IMG/VR virus record: IMGVR_UViG_3300046455_000317 | Coordinates: 3,003-67,002 of that record | DNA from: a virus | Length of the DNA: 64,000 nucleotides | Strand: one strand, 5' to 3' | Shown here: piece by piece, positions 9,000 to 18,121 of the stretch | How positions within the stretch are numbered: position 1 is the first letter of the stretch | Layout: every line of letters starts with the position of its first letter | The notes under the pieces: generated by a model | Database searches by the model: none | Told to the model about the DNA's origin: nothing | Seen by the model: the letters and a program-made list of their open reading frames with translations, nothing else | Program-made: the position numbers and the translations under genes

Positions 9000-9838
9000 T
9001 GGGCTCCTATGTGGGACATCTCATTCGCGGCCCATCCAGCGGCGATGCACCCGAATTTGCCCGCCCCAACAGCTACCCATATCCGCTCGTTGACCTGCGC
9101 TAGCAGGCACGGTTTCCGCCCAGACAGATCGAATGACCGAAGCCCTTCACGGATCTGGGTGGGACCGTCTGTTCGCCCCATTGCGGCTTGGATCCGGAGC
9201 TTGGACTGGATCGTTCGCTCATCGGTCCAATTCTCTGGCTTCAGGGCGGAGCCGTCTGCCGCCCATATCTCCGTGGGCGTAATGTTATGGACGGTGACCT
9301 GCTTGTATGGGGCCCAAGTCTGGACGAACGGATGCTCCACCTGTCCGGAGAACCGGAAGCTGACCCCATGCTTCGCCGTCAGCTGAATCTCTGGGATGAG
9401 TCGCATCGTTCCCATACCGGCGGCAACCACGAGGAGCCGGCAGGTCTCCATGATTTCGATCCCATGCTTTATGTAGTGGACCGTTGGGAAACCTGTTCGC
9501 TCTCGGATCCACGAGTCGTCCACTTCTTCGTGGGGTGACCCATAGACACGGTCCATTCCAATACGCCAGACATCCCTTTTCAGAATGTCTCCGCTGGGAT
9601 GAATCTGGAATGTCTCCTTGGTAAGCCCAAACAGGGTGTCGAGGGTATCCAACATGGGCTTTTCCTCATCCTTGGGAAGCCCGGTCAGTGGAGATGGTTT
9701 GACGCTTCCTCCGCATGGGCCGGTCCCAGAGAGTGGACGATGGCTGTCGAGCACTAGGGTGTCTCGCCCTTGGAGCCGGAACATCCCGGCGATGGACGCG
9801 CCCACCACTCCGTTGCCGATGACGATAGCGTCTCTCAT
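8996..9838 (-). CDS. FAD-dependent oxidoreductase (DAO/glycine oxidase-like)
   Basis: N-terminal Rossmann AIVIGNGVVGASIA, VVAAG, C-terminal GLR..GAGKFG; start moved to 9838. Confidence 0.85.
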   Translation of the reverse strand: MRDAIVIGNGVVGASIAGMFRLQGRDTLVLDSHRPLSGTGPCGGSVKPSPLTGLPKDEEKPMLDTLDTLFGLTKETFQIHPSGDILKRDVWRIGMDRVYGSPHEEVDDSWIRERTGFPTVHYIKHGIEIMETCRLLVVAAGMGTMRLIPEIQLTAKHGVSFRFSGQVEHPFVQTWAPYKQVTVHNITPTEIWAADGSALKPENWTDERTIQSKLRIQAAMGRTDGPTQIREGLRSFDLSGRKPCLLAQVNERIWVAVGAGKFGCIAAGWAANEMSHIGAQ

Positions 9839-10041
9839 TTGGGATTTCCTAGTGTGGCGAGTGCACGCCCAAACTTCGCCAAGTCTTCCCCAGTTAGATT
9901 CTGGACGAAGTGAAGACGGATGAGCCCATCCACCGGGATTTCCAAAAGAATGTCGCCGCATTCCGGTGGAAGGTTGAAGCCTTCGTCTTTCAACGCTTGG
10001 TAAAGGTTGGGCGGAAAGTGGTAGTAAGCAGAAAGGCTCAT
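9835..10041 (-). CDS. Hypothetical protein
   Basis: ATGA overlaps on both sides. Confidence 0.55.
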   Translation of the reverse strand: MSLSAYYHFPPNLYQALKDEGFNLPPECGDILLEIPVDGLIRLHFVQNLTGEDLAKFGRALATLGNPK

Positions 10042-10898
10042 CCCATGTTCTCCCTGAGATGCTCTAGATTGTTGGTCCCCACGATGGGCGTTACATGGTT
10101 GTCCTTACACCATTGGAGGATCTGCCGCCGTTCCGCGATGTCCCGGCCTTGCCCCAACGGGCTATGGGCCATCACCGCAACGTTCATCGCGCGGAAGAAA
10201 GGGAGCACCCCAGCGAGCCCATCCAGACGGACCTGAATCGACGCCAATCGAGGGCAGGTGAGACGGGCGGTGTAGAATTGGTCCACGCTGAAGTTACACA
10301 CGCCCACGTAATCGGCCTTGTCTCCCAACAGGTCATTCAGCGCCGCCATTGTTCCCTCGATGGGGACATTGGCGTTGGGCCAGTGGATTTGGAACAGCCC
10401 CAAAGGTCCGCCCAGATTGTAAACGCTCCGAGACGCTGCCCGGAGGACATTCGTGTAGGTCATATGGTTCCGGCTGACCTTAGTGGCGATCCGGATCGGC
10501 GCGTTCTTCCCCAAGACCTCCCCAAGTTCCTTCTCCACGCGCCCATACCCATACGTCTCAGCGGTATCGATCAGCGTGACGCCCAAGCCCATAGCCTCTT
10601 GGGGTAGTCTGGGATCGTATTTCCACCCATAGCTTCCCCAACCGGGACGGGTGGAGAGCGTCAGTGGAACCGTGCATGGGACCGCCACTGTTTCTCTGGG
10701 GAGTTCCCTGAGACGGCGGATGGCGCGACTTCGCGCCTGCTCTTTCATCTGGGACGTGGCGGCGGTGAAGGCTTCGCGCCAGTGGGCTTCATAGAGCGAC
10801 CCATGGACGGCATTGCGGGCGAGGGCCAAGACTTCCTCTGGGACCTCCCCATCTTTGCCCTCCAGGTAGTCAGCGGCGGCACCGAACGGAATTATCAT
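10038..10898 (-). CDS. Aldo/keto reductase with N-terminal extension
   Basis: Tetrad motifs IDTAETYG, IATKV, FQIHWP; VGVCNF; AHSPLGQG. Confidence 0.88.
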   Translation of the reverse strand: MIIPFGAAADYLEGKDGEVPEEVLALARNAVHGSLYEAHWREAFTAATSQMKEQARSRAIRRLRELPRETVAVPCTVPLTLSTRPGWGSYGWKYDPRLPQEAMGLGVTLIDTAETYGYGRVEKELGEVLGKNAPIRIATKVSRNHMTYTNVLRAASRSVYNLGGPLGLFQIHWPNANVPIEGTMAALNDLLGDKADYVGVCNFSVDQFYTARLTCPRLASIQVRLDGLAGVLPFFRAMNVAVMAHSPLGQGRDIAERRQILQWCKDNHVTPIVGTNNLEHLRENMG

Positions 10899-11090
10899 TC
10901 ATTCTCCTAGCTGGAACTCAACGTAGTCACTGACGATTACCAACGCTTCCCCATAGCTCCCAGCGCAAAAGACGCGTGTCGCCATCTCCTCTGCCTTCTC
11001 TTTCTGGCCGGCCTTTCGGAGTGCTTCCTTGGCAGCGGCCAGAACCGCGAAGATGTTCCCATCGATGGGGCCTTTGACGATGGGCCTCAT
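10899..11090 (-). CDS. Small hypothetical phage protein
   Basis: DGNIFAVLA..ALRKAG..SYGEAL pattern. Confidence 0.6.
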   Translation of the reverse strand: MRPIVKGPIDGNIFAVLAAAKEALRKAGQKEKAEEMATRVFCAGSYGEALVIVSDYVEFQLGE

Positions 11091-11944
11091 TGGGCTTCTC
11101 CTCCAGGTGTCGCGTCATACAGACGTTCCGCCGTGGCTGAGTATGGGGCCCACTCCGCCAACCCCATCCGAAGTTCAATAGAGTCATACCCGATGGGGTA
11201 TGCGTAGTTGTTATGGGACTTCCACTTACAGAGGATGGTCTCAATCTCCTGGATCCCAATCGGCCGTTTTCGGTCTGGCGGAGCCATCGCACCTCGGAAG
11301 GTCACCAACAGTTCCTTGGCGACTTTCGCCACCGCGATCTTCTCTGGGGTTTCTGCGTTGTAGCTTGGGGACAGCTTCCACTGGATGAGGGCGGATTTGT
11401 AGGGTTGGTCGTACATCATGACCTCGGTGTCTCCGAAGTCTATGGGAATCCCCATCACTCGCTCCAACATATCTGCCGCCTTGAACGCGATCCATGGGCC
11501 GAACTGGGGAATGGAGATCGCCCGTTCGCGGATGGTGGTAAACTTCGGCGCACCACTTATCAAGAAGTCCACCGCTACCTCTGGGCGTTTATAGACATTG
11601 GAGAATATCTCGGTGGACTCGATGGCTTTCTCCCCACGCCAATGCCGGCGCTCATGGCCTCTGGGCCATCGCCCTCCCATCGGTGTTGGGGACGTGTTGG
11701 ACGCCATGATCTTGAAGAAGTACCAGTAATCGTCCCCAGTATGCTCGCTCAGCCAGCTGGAGACGCCGGCATTGTAGCAACACCAATAGGCGAACAACCA
11801 ACGCTTCAGTTGCTCGCGCTCCAACGCAGCCCCAGCTAACGCGATGTAGAGTGGATCCAGATCGCCGGTGCGAAGGAGATAGTTCCCAAACTCCTCAATG
11901 TTGGGTAGTCGATGGTTCCGATCCATCCTCGTCAATAGGGTCAT
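11087..11944 (-). CDS. Amino acid:DNA transferase (aGPT-Pplase2 family)
   Basis: GDLDPLY, RWLFAYWCCY, RGHERRHWRG, FGPWIAFKAADMLER, QEIETILCKWKSH. Confidence 0.87.
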   Translation of the reverse strand: MTLLTRMDRNHRLPNIEEFGNYLLRTGDLDPLYIALAGAALEREQLKRWLFAYWCCYNAGVSSWLSEHTGDDYWYFFKIMASNTSPTPMGGRWPRGHERRHWRGEKAIESTEIFSNVYKRPEVAVDFLISGAPKFTTIRERAISIPQFGPWIAFKAADMLERVMGIPIDFGDTEVMMYDQPYKSALIQWKLSPSYNAETPEKIAVAKVAKELLVTFRGAMAPPDRKRPIGIQEIETILCKWKSHNNYAYPIGYDSIELRMGLAEWAPYSATAERLYDATPGGEAQ

Positions 11945-12089
11945 TCGTGCCTTCCATCTCCTTCTCCAGCATTTCAAAGATGAGGATTGAGACAGACTTG
12001 CCTGTCTCCAACCGTCTCTGGCGGAGATAGTCTTTGACTGGCTGGGTTACATGGGCCGCGATGTAGACGTTACGATCTGAGGTTATCAT
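11895..12089 (-). CDS. Small RHH-like DNA-binding protein
   Basis: VYIAAHV..VKDYL..GKSVSILIFEML. Confidence 0.45.
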   Translation of the reverse strand: MITSDRNVYIAAHVTQPVKDYLRQRRLETGKSVSILIFEMLEKEMEGTNDPIDEDGSEPSTTQH

Positions 12090-12465
12090 GGTCGTGGACC
12101 TTTCGGATCAGTTCAACTACCCAACGATGGTTGAACCCGCTCACCGTCTCCTTTGCTGATTGCCATTCACTCATTCCCTGGGGAGAGACCACCAGCGTCC
12201 GTTTGGAGCCGCTGTTCTCATCCCATATGATATACCGCGCATGGCTATGGTTCGCCAGACGCAGCATCGTCAACTCTTGAATCCCTTGGGACTTGAAGTT
12301 TGGATTCGCGTGCTTCCCTTCCCACCACGATGTAACTCCGTTCCCAGTAACGGAGAGGTCAGGCACCCCAAAGAGGTGGCGATCCTCGTGGCGGAATATA
12401 ACATACCCTGGAAACGCTTTTCGGACAAGAGTTACCAAAGCTGACTTGAGAGTTGCCTCGGTCAC
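12070..12465 (-). CDS. VRR-NUC / PD-(D/E)xK nuclease (resolvase-like)
   Basis: MTEATL, GVPDL, WEGK, Q. Confidence 0.75.
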   Translation of the reverse strand: MTEATLKSALVTLVRKAFPGYVIFRHEDRHLFGVPDLSVTGNGVTSWWEGKHANPNFKSQGIQELTMLRLANHSHARYIIWDENSGSKRTLVVSPQGMSEWQSAKETVSGFNHRWVVELIRKVHDHDNLRS

Positions 12466-12656
12466 TCCTCCTCCAGATATTGGTTTGGCGTCCCATAATC
12501 CAAGGAGCCTTGCGACTTACAGCGCCGACACTTGGCCTCTCGCCAGTTGTCTGTCTTCTGTCCCTCTGGGGACTTCATGGGCTGGACGTGGCCGCATTCC
12601 TGGCACGTCCTGAGCCAATCAGTCGCTTGGAACCGTGGGTCGCGGAGTTTCATCAT
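12462..12656 (-). CDS. Small Zn-ribbon protein
   Basis: CQEC...CRRC. Confidence 0.55.
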   Translation of the reverse strand: MMKLRDPRFQATDWLRTCQECGHVQPMKSPEGQKTDNWREAKCRRCKSQGSLDYGTPNQYLEEE

Positions 12657-12991
12657 CTGACGAACGTCCCAGTGATTCGTTGAAGCCCAGGCATGGTTCG
12701 CCGGAACTCATCTTGGGCGCTAGAGATATCGACCACTTGGCGGTCTACCTTCAGATCGACCAACAGCCCCACGGAGACGAATTGGCCCGCTGGGTCCTTC
12801 ATGTAGACCTCTGGGCGGTCCCACGCTGGGAGATGCTCTGGATGCCCTGGGCGGCCGATTACCATTCTGGGGTCGATGGACGCCAGCGCCTTGAGCGTCG
12901 TGACTTCCTCTGGGGATGCGATCTGGACCAGCGCCGTCGTGGCCGCTGCCATACCCACGAGGGTGCCTTTCAGGAAGTTGCGGCGGTCCAT
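12653..12991 (-). CDS. Protein with twin-arginine (Tat)-like signal peptide
   Basis: MDRRNFLKG followed by hydrophobic stretch TLVGMAAATTAL. Confidence 0.65.
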   Translation of the reverse strand: MDRRNFLKGTLVGMAAATTALVQIASPEEVTTLKALASIDPRMVIGRPGHPEHLPAWDRPEVYMKDPAGQFVSVGLLVDLKVDRQVVDISSAQDEFRRTMPGLQRITGTFVR

Positions 12992-13060
12992 TATTGCTTC
13001 CTCCGAATCAGGTAGTAAACGCCCAAGAGCGCCAGCCCATAGACCAAGCTGAAGGCAGAA

Positions 13061-14161
13061 TCAATTGGCTTTATAAACGATGGTCCCACTCAACACCGTC
13101 CCGTTTGCGATGTAGCCGGGTGGGAGAGGCTTTGGGGTGGTAACCGGCTGATCCGCCCCATAAAGCATCATTGTTTTTGTCTCAGGAACCCCACGGCCAA
13201 CGAGGGAGATGAGTGGGAGCGCCAAATCCCCAAAGAAGATCGACGCCACGACTGGGACGCCATCGTCGATACTGAAAGGCAACCCTTCGAGGATCACCAT
13301 CGGCTCTGGGAACCGCCCAACACGTCCGACGATCAGCGCGAAGGATGCCATGGTGATCCTCCCAGACTGGACCCACCAGCCGGTTTGCCGGGTGTAGAGG
13401 TGCGTTCCCATCAGCTTGGGCTTCCACGATCCTTCCGCATCCGTCATCGACGCGCCTGGCTCACCCTGCGGTCCTCTGGGACCTTCTGGGCCTTCTTCAC
13501 CCTGCTCGCCTTGGTCGCCCTGCGGTCCTTCCGGACCCTCTGGGCCCTGCTCGCCTTGGTCGCCGTCCCATCCGCGTGGACCCTCTGGGCCTTGGTCGCC
13601 TTCATCGCCCTTGGGTCCGGGTGGGCCTTGTGGGCCTGATGATCCGACTGGACCTTGGGGCCCAGCCGGGCCAGTCGGTCCTGTCCCGTCTCCCATGGGA
13701 CCTTGGGGGCCAGCGGGACCAGGTGGCCCCGCCGGTCCTATGGGGCCTGTTGGGCCTTCCCCATACGGACCCTCTGGGCCTTGCGGCCCCATAACGCCTT
13801 GGGGACCTATGGGGCCCATTGGTCCCGTGGGACCCTCTGGACCTTGGGACCCTGGTTCACCGCCCGGACCCTGCGGCCCGGTTGGCCCTTGGGGCCCAAC
13901 GCCATATGGACCTTCTGGTCCTTGGGGTCCCATGGGACCTTGCGGCCCTTGCTCGCCTGGCGGCCCAATGGCGTATTCTCCGGGTGGCCCCTGTTGGCCG
14001 CGTGGACCCTCCGGACCTGTCGGACCTTGGGGACCGGCTGGGCCTGTTGGACCCGCTGGGCCTTGCGGTCCTTCCGGTCCAGGTGGTCCTTGGGCTCCTG
14101 GTGGCCCAGGCGGTCCTGGGACACCCCCAGGTGCCGTCGGGTCAATATCGCCTTCAGCCAT
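13061..14161 (-). CDS. Collagen-like (Gly-X-Y) protein with C-terminal beta-rich fibre-tip-like domain
   Basis: About 225 aa of GPx/GEx triplets with short interruptions, then [20 protein letters not shown]; start moved to 14161. Confidence 0.88.
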   Translation of the reverse strand: MAEGDIDPTAPGGVPGPPGPPGAQGPPGPEGPQGPAGPTGPAGPQGPTGPEGPRGQQGPPGEYAIGPPGEQGPQGPMGPQGPEGPYGVGPQGPTGPQGPGGEPGSQGPEGPTGPMGPIGPQGVMGPQGPEGPYGEGPTGPIGPAGPPGPAGPQGPMGDGTGPTGPAGPQGPVGSSGPQGPPGPKGDEGDQGPEGPRGWDGDQGEQGPEGPEGPQGDQGEQGEEGPEGPRGPQGEPGASMTDAEGSWKPKLMGTHLYTRQTGWWVQSGRITMASFALIVGRVGRFPEPMVILEGLPFSIDDGVPVVASIFFGDLALPLISLVGRGVPETKTMMLYGADQPVTTPKPLPPGYIANGTVLSGTIVYKAN

Positions 14162-14417
14162 TCCGTCTCCGTTTCTGATAATCCATGACCCCGTCCCGCA
14201 TGAACGTGAGTCGAATCTGCTCGATATGGGGAAGCCCAGACCACTCCCCATCCGTCATCTTTCGCATCTGACCGTCGTCTTCCATCACAAGCCAACAGAA
14301 GCAGGCAACGCAAAGAATCAAGACCCCAGGTTGGGGCTTTCCGGTCCCAGTCAGCGCGTCATGGGCTGCCCCACAGACCGGGCATGAGTGGTCTCCACGA
14401 GTGGTCTGGACGCCCAT
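14154..14417 (-). CDS. Small Zn-finger protein
   Basis: CPVC...CVAC. Confidence 0.55.
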   Translation of the reverse strand: MGVQTTRGDHSCPVCGAAHDALTGTGKPQPGVLILCVACFCWLVMEDDGQMRKMTDGEWSGLPHIEQIRLTFMRDGVMDYQKRRRNG

Positions 14418-14644
14418 TAGAGTGGCCTCACCTCGATGGCTCTGGCGCCCTTGGGACCCTCGATGGGCGTAAACTCCACCGGCTGGTCCTGCTGGAGGTC
14501 ATCAAAGCTCAGAAGCGATGTCTTCTCCAACGCACTCCGATGGAAGAAGTAGTCACTACCAGTTGCCTCGTTGGTAATAAACCCATAGCCTTCCATCTTC
14601 TTCATGGTCTTGATCGTCCCACGCAACTTCGTCGCCATCGTCAT
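14417..14644 (-). CDS. Cold-shock domain protein
   Basis: GYGFI, YFFHRSA, VEFTP..GPKGARA. Confidence 0.92.
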   Translation of the reverse strand: MTMATKLRGTIKTMKKMEGYGFITNEATGSDYFFHRSALEKTSLLSFDDLQQDQPVEFTPIEGPKGARAIEVRPL

Positions 14645-14655
14645 CTCCTTCTGGG

Positions 14656-14835
14656 TTACAGAACCTGCTCGATGTGAACCCGCAAGCCGGTGAGCCGTTC
14701 CAGGAACTGCTCCGTGGCTACCACCGTCTCGGTGACTTCCTGAACGGTCAAGCTCCCAGCGTCTTTCCCATCACCCTCGATTTCCGCGATGACCTTGGGA
14801 CCCTTCTTGAACGTGATCTTGAACGCCAGCTTCAT
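14656..14835 (-). CDS. Hypothetical 59-aa protein
   Basis: Manual translation MKLAFKITFKKGPKVIAEIEGDG...; GAGGAG RBS; ATGA overlap. Confidence 0.55.
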   Translation of the reverse strand: MKLAFKITFKKGPKVIAEIEGDGKDAGSLTVQEVTETVVATEQFLERLTGLRVHIEQVL

Positions 14836-15044
14836 ACACTCTCCTCATCTTCCTTGGTAAAGCAAAGCAAACCGGCCTGGAGCGCCATACTATGGAGAAC
14901 TTCCCCAGAGTCATCTTGTTCGAGTCCACCCATAAGAGCCGCCATAATAATGCTCGCCAAGCGGACCTCATGGTCTTCAGTGTCTTCGAGTGCCTTCTGG
15001 GTTAATGGCCCAAGGCTTTCGATCAGTTCCTCGCGCGTCACCAC
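14832..15044 (-). CDS. Hypothetical protein
   Basis: Operon packing. Confidence 0.5.
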   Translation of the reverse strand: MVTREELIESLGPLTQKALEDTEDHEVRLASIIMAALMGGLEQDDSGEVLHSMALQAGLLCFTKEDEESV

Positions 15045-15427
15045 TGCACCGATGCGCTCACGCCCACGCTCTTGCGCCCAACCTGGGGCGCCACGTGGAC
15101 CTTATGGAAGCCTACCAACATCATCCCGCCACCGACGCCCATGGTAATGAGCCCGGCCTTCACGAGTGGCTCACCCTCGCGACAGGCGTGGTTCTGAATC
15201 TCGTAGTGGGCGAGGTTGGGGTTGTTGATAACACACTGTGGCCGCCCATAGACAGTCACATCGGTGGACCCAGGCTCCCTGTAGGGAACCATCAGCGCCG
15301 CGCCCACGATAGCGGTCAACACTCCGCCCCATCCCAACTTCTGGTTGTACGAGCGTGTCTCTGGCGGCGCTGCCGCCGCTGGACCCGCCCATAGAGATAC
15401 CAACAACACCGTCGTCATCGTCTTCAT
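15038..15427 (-). CDS. Signal-peptide/membrane protein
   Basis: N-terminal signal (MKTMTTVLLVSLWAGPAAA), two Gly-rich hydrophobic segments, C-terminal Trp. Confidence 0.6.
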   Translation of the reverse strand: MKTMTTVLLVSLWAGPAAAAPPETRSYNQKLGWGGVLTAIVGAALMVPYREPGSTDVTVYGRPQCVINNPNLAHYEIQNHACREGEPLVKAGLITMGVGGGMMLVGFHKVHVAPQVGRKSVGVSASVQW

Positions 15428-17541
15428 CGTCGTCTCCTTTTTTGTCTCCGGTCATTTGGGTAATCAGGCGTTGTCTTCTTTCGCCTATCATACATCCGAC
15501 GCTCTCCAGATCCTGCCTCTCCTCGTACACCCCCAGATCCCACGAAATGCAAGTCAGTGATCCCTTGCTTCCCACGCGTCTCTTCCACGCTGTTGTAGTT
15601 GTCCTCCTTCCAAGTCTTACACTCCGCCCAGTTCGCACCCGTCTCGGTGTCCCATAGAATCGGCACCCTAGCGAGGGTGGGAAAGCTCTGGGAATTGAGA
15701 ATCTCGGCCACCCTCGCAGCGGTGGTCGTTTCTTGGGCGTCCCCATTCACTTCGTCGTGGACGGTGAACCGGAGGAGCAGCCCGGTGTACTTCCGCTCTC
15801 GGTGGAGTTCCACCAGCTTCTGCTTCATGATATCCGCCCCAGAGCCTTGGTCCACGCTATTGAACGCTTTGTGGAGCCGATACTTGTCTGGGAACCGACT
15901 CCGCCGTCCCATCACTGTCTGGACGTATCCACGGCTCTCAGCGAGGTTCGATGCCCTCCGGAGGAGTGGCTTGACCTCTGGGAGCAGCCGGTTATACAAG
16001 TCGTCAATCTCTTTCGCCTTGGCGAGCTTGGGGTGGTCGTCATGGGCTCTCGATGTCTTGAGATCCTCGTATACGTCTGGGGTGATAAACTCCAGCATCA
16101 GCGCCAGCTTCTTAAGTCCAGCCCCATAGACCTTGGCGAAATTGCAATCCTTGCACCGCCGATACGTCAGGTCAGGCTTGTATGGGCGGAGCATCTCCAA
16201 GACCAAGTTGTGGAACTTCGTCATGGGGTCTTTCGCGTATGCTTCCAAGACCACCGGATTGTTGGCGTAGTTGGCGAAGATCCGATATTCAATCTGCATC
16301 GCGTCTGACGAGAGCCACCGCCCAGACTTGGGAATGTGGAGCTTTCGGATGGGATAGATTTCGTCATCGTGGGTATCGTCATTCTCATCGAAGCCCCACG
16401 CCACCCGCTGCTTCGCCACCTTCATCCGTTGTTGGATATTGACGCCCTCTTTCCCAGAGATGACCGCTGTCGAGGAGAATCGGCCGGTGACCGTCCCAGC
16501 GGCTCCTGGGTATCCTTCTTCCTTCTCGGAGCGCAGCTGATGGAGCGCATAGCGCATGATCCCATTGGGCGAGATGACGACTTTGTCTCGACACAGATAC
16601 TTGCTCCGAAGGCTCGCCAGCTTCCCAGCCATCCGGATGTCTTGGACGATGGGGTTATCCACGGCCTTGAGAACTAGATCCGTGTAGCTTGGGCGTTTCT
16701 TGGAGCCGTCCTCGCCACCTTTGGTCCACGCCGTCGTCGGAAGTTCCAGCTTCTCCCAGACGCGATCCATATCCTTGGGCGAATCTGGGTTGACGTGGAA
16801 GCCCACCGCGTGGTAAATCTTCTGGAGATACCCATCAAGCTTCCGGCCTGACTCCCCAATCCACTTCTCCAGCAGTTCCAAGTCTATGGGTGAGCCATTC
16901 TTCTCCATCTCACAGACGACGTAGATGATCTCATCCTCCAGCTTCCGGACGCGATGAAGACCCTCCGCCGTCAGCTTGGGCCACATCACCTCGATGAGGT
17001 CATGGACCCCACGGACATCACCCTCGGCTCTGGGCGCAACGTCACCCGCGTGGTAGTCCGCCATATTCTCGGCATTCAGTTCCTTCCCCACCTTCTCCCG
17101 GCCAAGATAGTCCTTCATGATGGCGTCCAGGGAGAACTTCTGGCGATGGTCGTCTAGCAGGGCAGCGTAGTGCCCGACATCGCTCACCTCGTTGCCTTGG
17201 GCTTCGAGGTCCACGCCCCACTCGCGGAGCATGTGGACGTCAAACCGGGTATTCAGGTTGGTGATGCGCTTCCCACGGAGTTCACGCTGCGCCCATCGCT
17301 TCACCGTCTCTTCATCGAGGTTCCCACCGCGATGTCCCCATGGGAGATACTGGGTGGAGCCCTCTGGGAGGCAAATCGAGATGCCTATGGGGCGGTTCCC
17401 ATCCCACCAGCGCAGGCCGTTCGTCTCCGTATCGATCTGGATGTCTACAATCCCATCGAGGCATGGCGGTTCCTTGGGAATCCACCTCGTGGGATTGGTG
17501 TATTCCTCGCCCAGAACGTCAAACAGGCTTGGTTCGCGCAT
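15424..17541 (-). CDS. polA: Family A DNA polymerase with 3'-5' exonuclease domain
   Basis: ExoI DTETNG, NTRFD; motif A SDAMQIEYR; motif B KDCNFAKVYG (Phe at the 762-equivalent site); motif C VHDE; start inferred at MREPS. Confidence 0.93.
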   Translation of the reverse strand: MREPSLFDVLGEEYTNPTRWIPKEPPCLDGIVDIQIDTETNGLRWWDGNRPIGISICLPEGSTQYLPWGHRGGNLDEETVKRWAQRELRGKRITNLNTRFDVHMLREWGVDLEAQGNEVSDVGHYAALLDDHRQKFSLDAIMKDYLGREKVGKELNAENMADYHAGDVAPRAEGDVRGVHDLIEVMWPKLTAEGLHRVRKLEDEIIYVVCEMEKNGSPIDLELLEKWIGESGRKLDGYLQKIYHAVGFHVNPDSPKDMDRVWEKLELPTTAWTKGGEDGSKKRPSYTDLVLKAVDNPIVQDIRMAGKLASLRSKYLCRDKVVISPNGIMRYALHQLRSEKEEGYPGAAGTVTGRFSSTAVISGKEGVNIQQRMKVAKQRVAWGFDENDDTHDDEIYPIRKLHIPKSGRWLSSDAMQIEYRIFANYANNPVVLEAYAKDPMTKFHNLVLEMLRPYKPDLTYRRCKDCNFAKVYGAGLKKLALMLEFITPDVYEDLKTSRAHDDHPKLAKAKEIDDLYNRLLPEVKPLLRRASNLAESRGYVQTVMGRRSRFPDKYRLHKAFNSVDQGSGADIMKQKLVELHRERKYTGLLLRFTVHDEVNGDAQETTTAARVAEILNSQSFPTLARVPILWDTETGANWAECKTWKEDNYNSVEETRGKQGITDLHFVGSGGVRGEAGSGERRMYDRRKKTTPDYPNDRRQKRRRR

Positions 17542-17710
17542 GGAGTTGTCGCTTTCGTCCGGTGGTCTTCCCACCCTTTCGCCCAGCGGCAATCGCTTCC
17601 TTCTGGGTCCATCTATGGGCGGTCCCAGCGGCATGCGCCGCCTTTCCTCCCTTACGCGCGATTGCCTGCCGCTTCTCTGGGGTCATCCCAGCGAATCCTC
17701 TGGGGCTCAT
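17519..17710 (-). CDS. KGG-motif stress-induced protein
   Basis: MSPRGFAGMTPEKRQAIARKGGKAAHAAGTAHRWTQKEAIAAGRKGG. Confidence 0.85.
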   Translation of the reverse strand: MSPRGFAGMTPEKRQAIARKGGKAAHAAGTAHRWTQKEAIAAGRKGGKTTGRKRQLHARTKPV

Positions 17711-17865
17711 TTGGGGTCCAATGGGAGAAGTTGGGGGATGTAGATGGCCTGCACGTCGTGGACCTCTGGGACTTCGCGGAGTTTGTGCTCCACCAGTCGC
17801 GCCAGGACACGCTCCAGGAACGGTTGTTGGGCTGCTTCGATTTCCACAAACAATCGGATTCTCAC
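17707..17865 (-). CDS. Hypothetical 52-aa protein
   Basis: Manual translation from GTG: (M)RIRLFVEIEAAQQPFLERVLARL...; overlaps on both sides. Confidence 0.45.
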   Translation of the reverse strand: MRIRLFVEIEAAQQPFLERVLARLVEHKLREVPEVHDVQAIYIPQLLPLDPK

Positions 17866-18110
17866 ACTGTCTCCATATCCTGGTGCTTGGGACGGAAGCT
17901 ATGGGATGCCCTTCGCTTGGGCGTCTGGGACCGCTGGAGGCACCAGAGGTCAAACTCAATCAGATCGATGGACGCTGGGAAGTGGATGCGAGCCCATTCG
18001 TGGACCGTCTTCAGTTCTGAGACGGTGAAGGTCTTCTCCTCGGAACGTCGCTGCCAGCGCCAGAATAGGTGGTCTGGGGATTCACACTCGCTCATCTGGG
18101 GTTCTCCCAT
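17862..18110 (-). CDS. Hypothetical protein
   Basis: First ORF below a putative promoter. Confidence 0.45.
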   Translation of the reverse strand: MGEPQMSECESPDHLFWRWQRRSEEKTFTVSELKTVHEWARIHFPASIDLIEFDLWCLQRSQTPKRRASHSFRPKHQDMETV

Positions 18111-18121
18111 AGTAGAGCCGG

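Noticed and set aside
13460-14120. Highly repetitive GGNCC-rich DNA as a repeat element
   Set aside because: Fully explained by collagen Gly-Pro-X codons.
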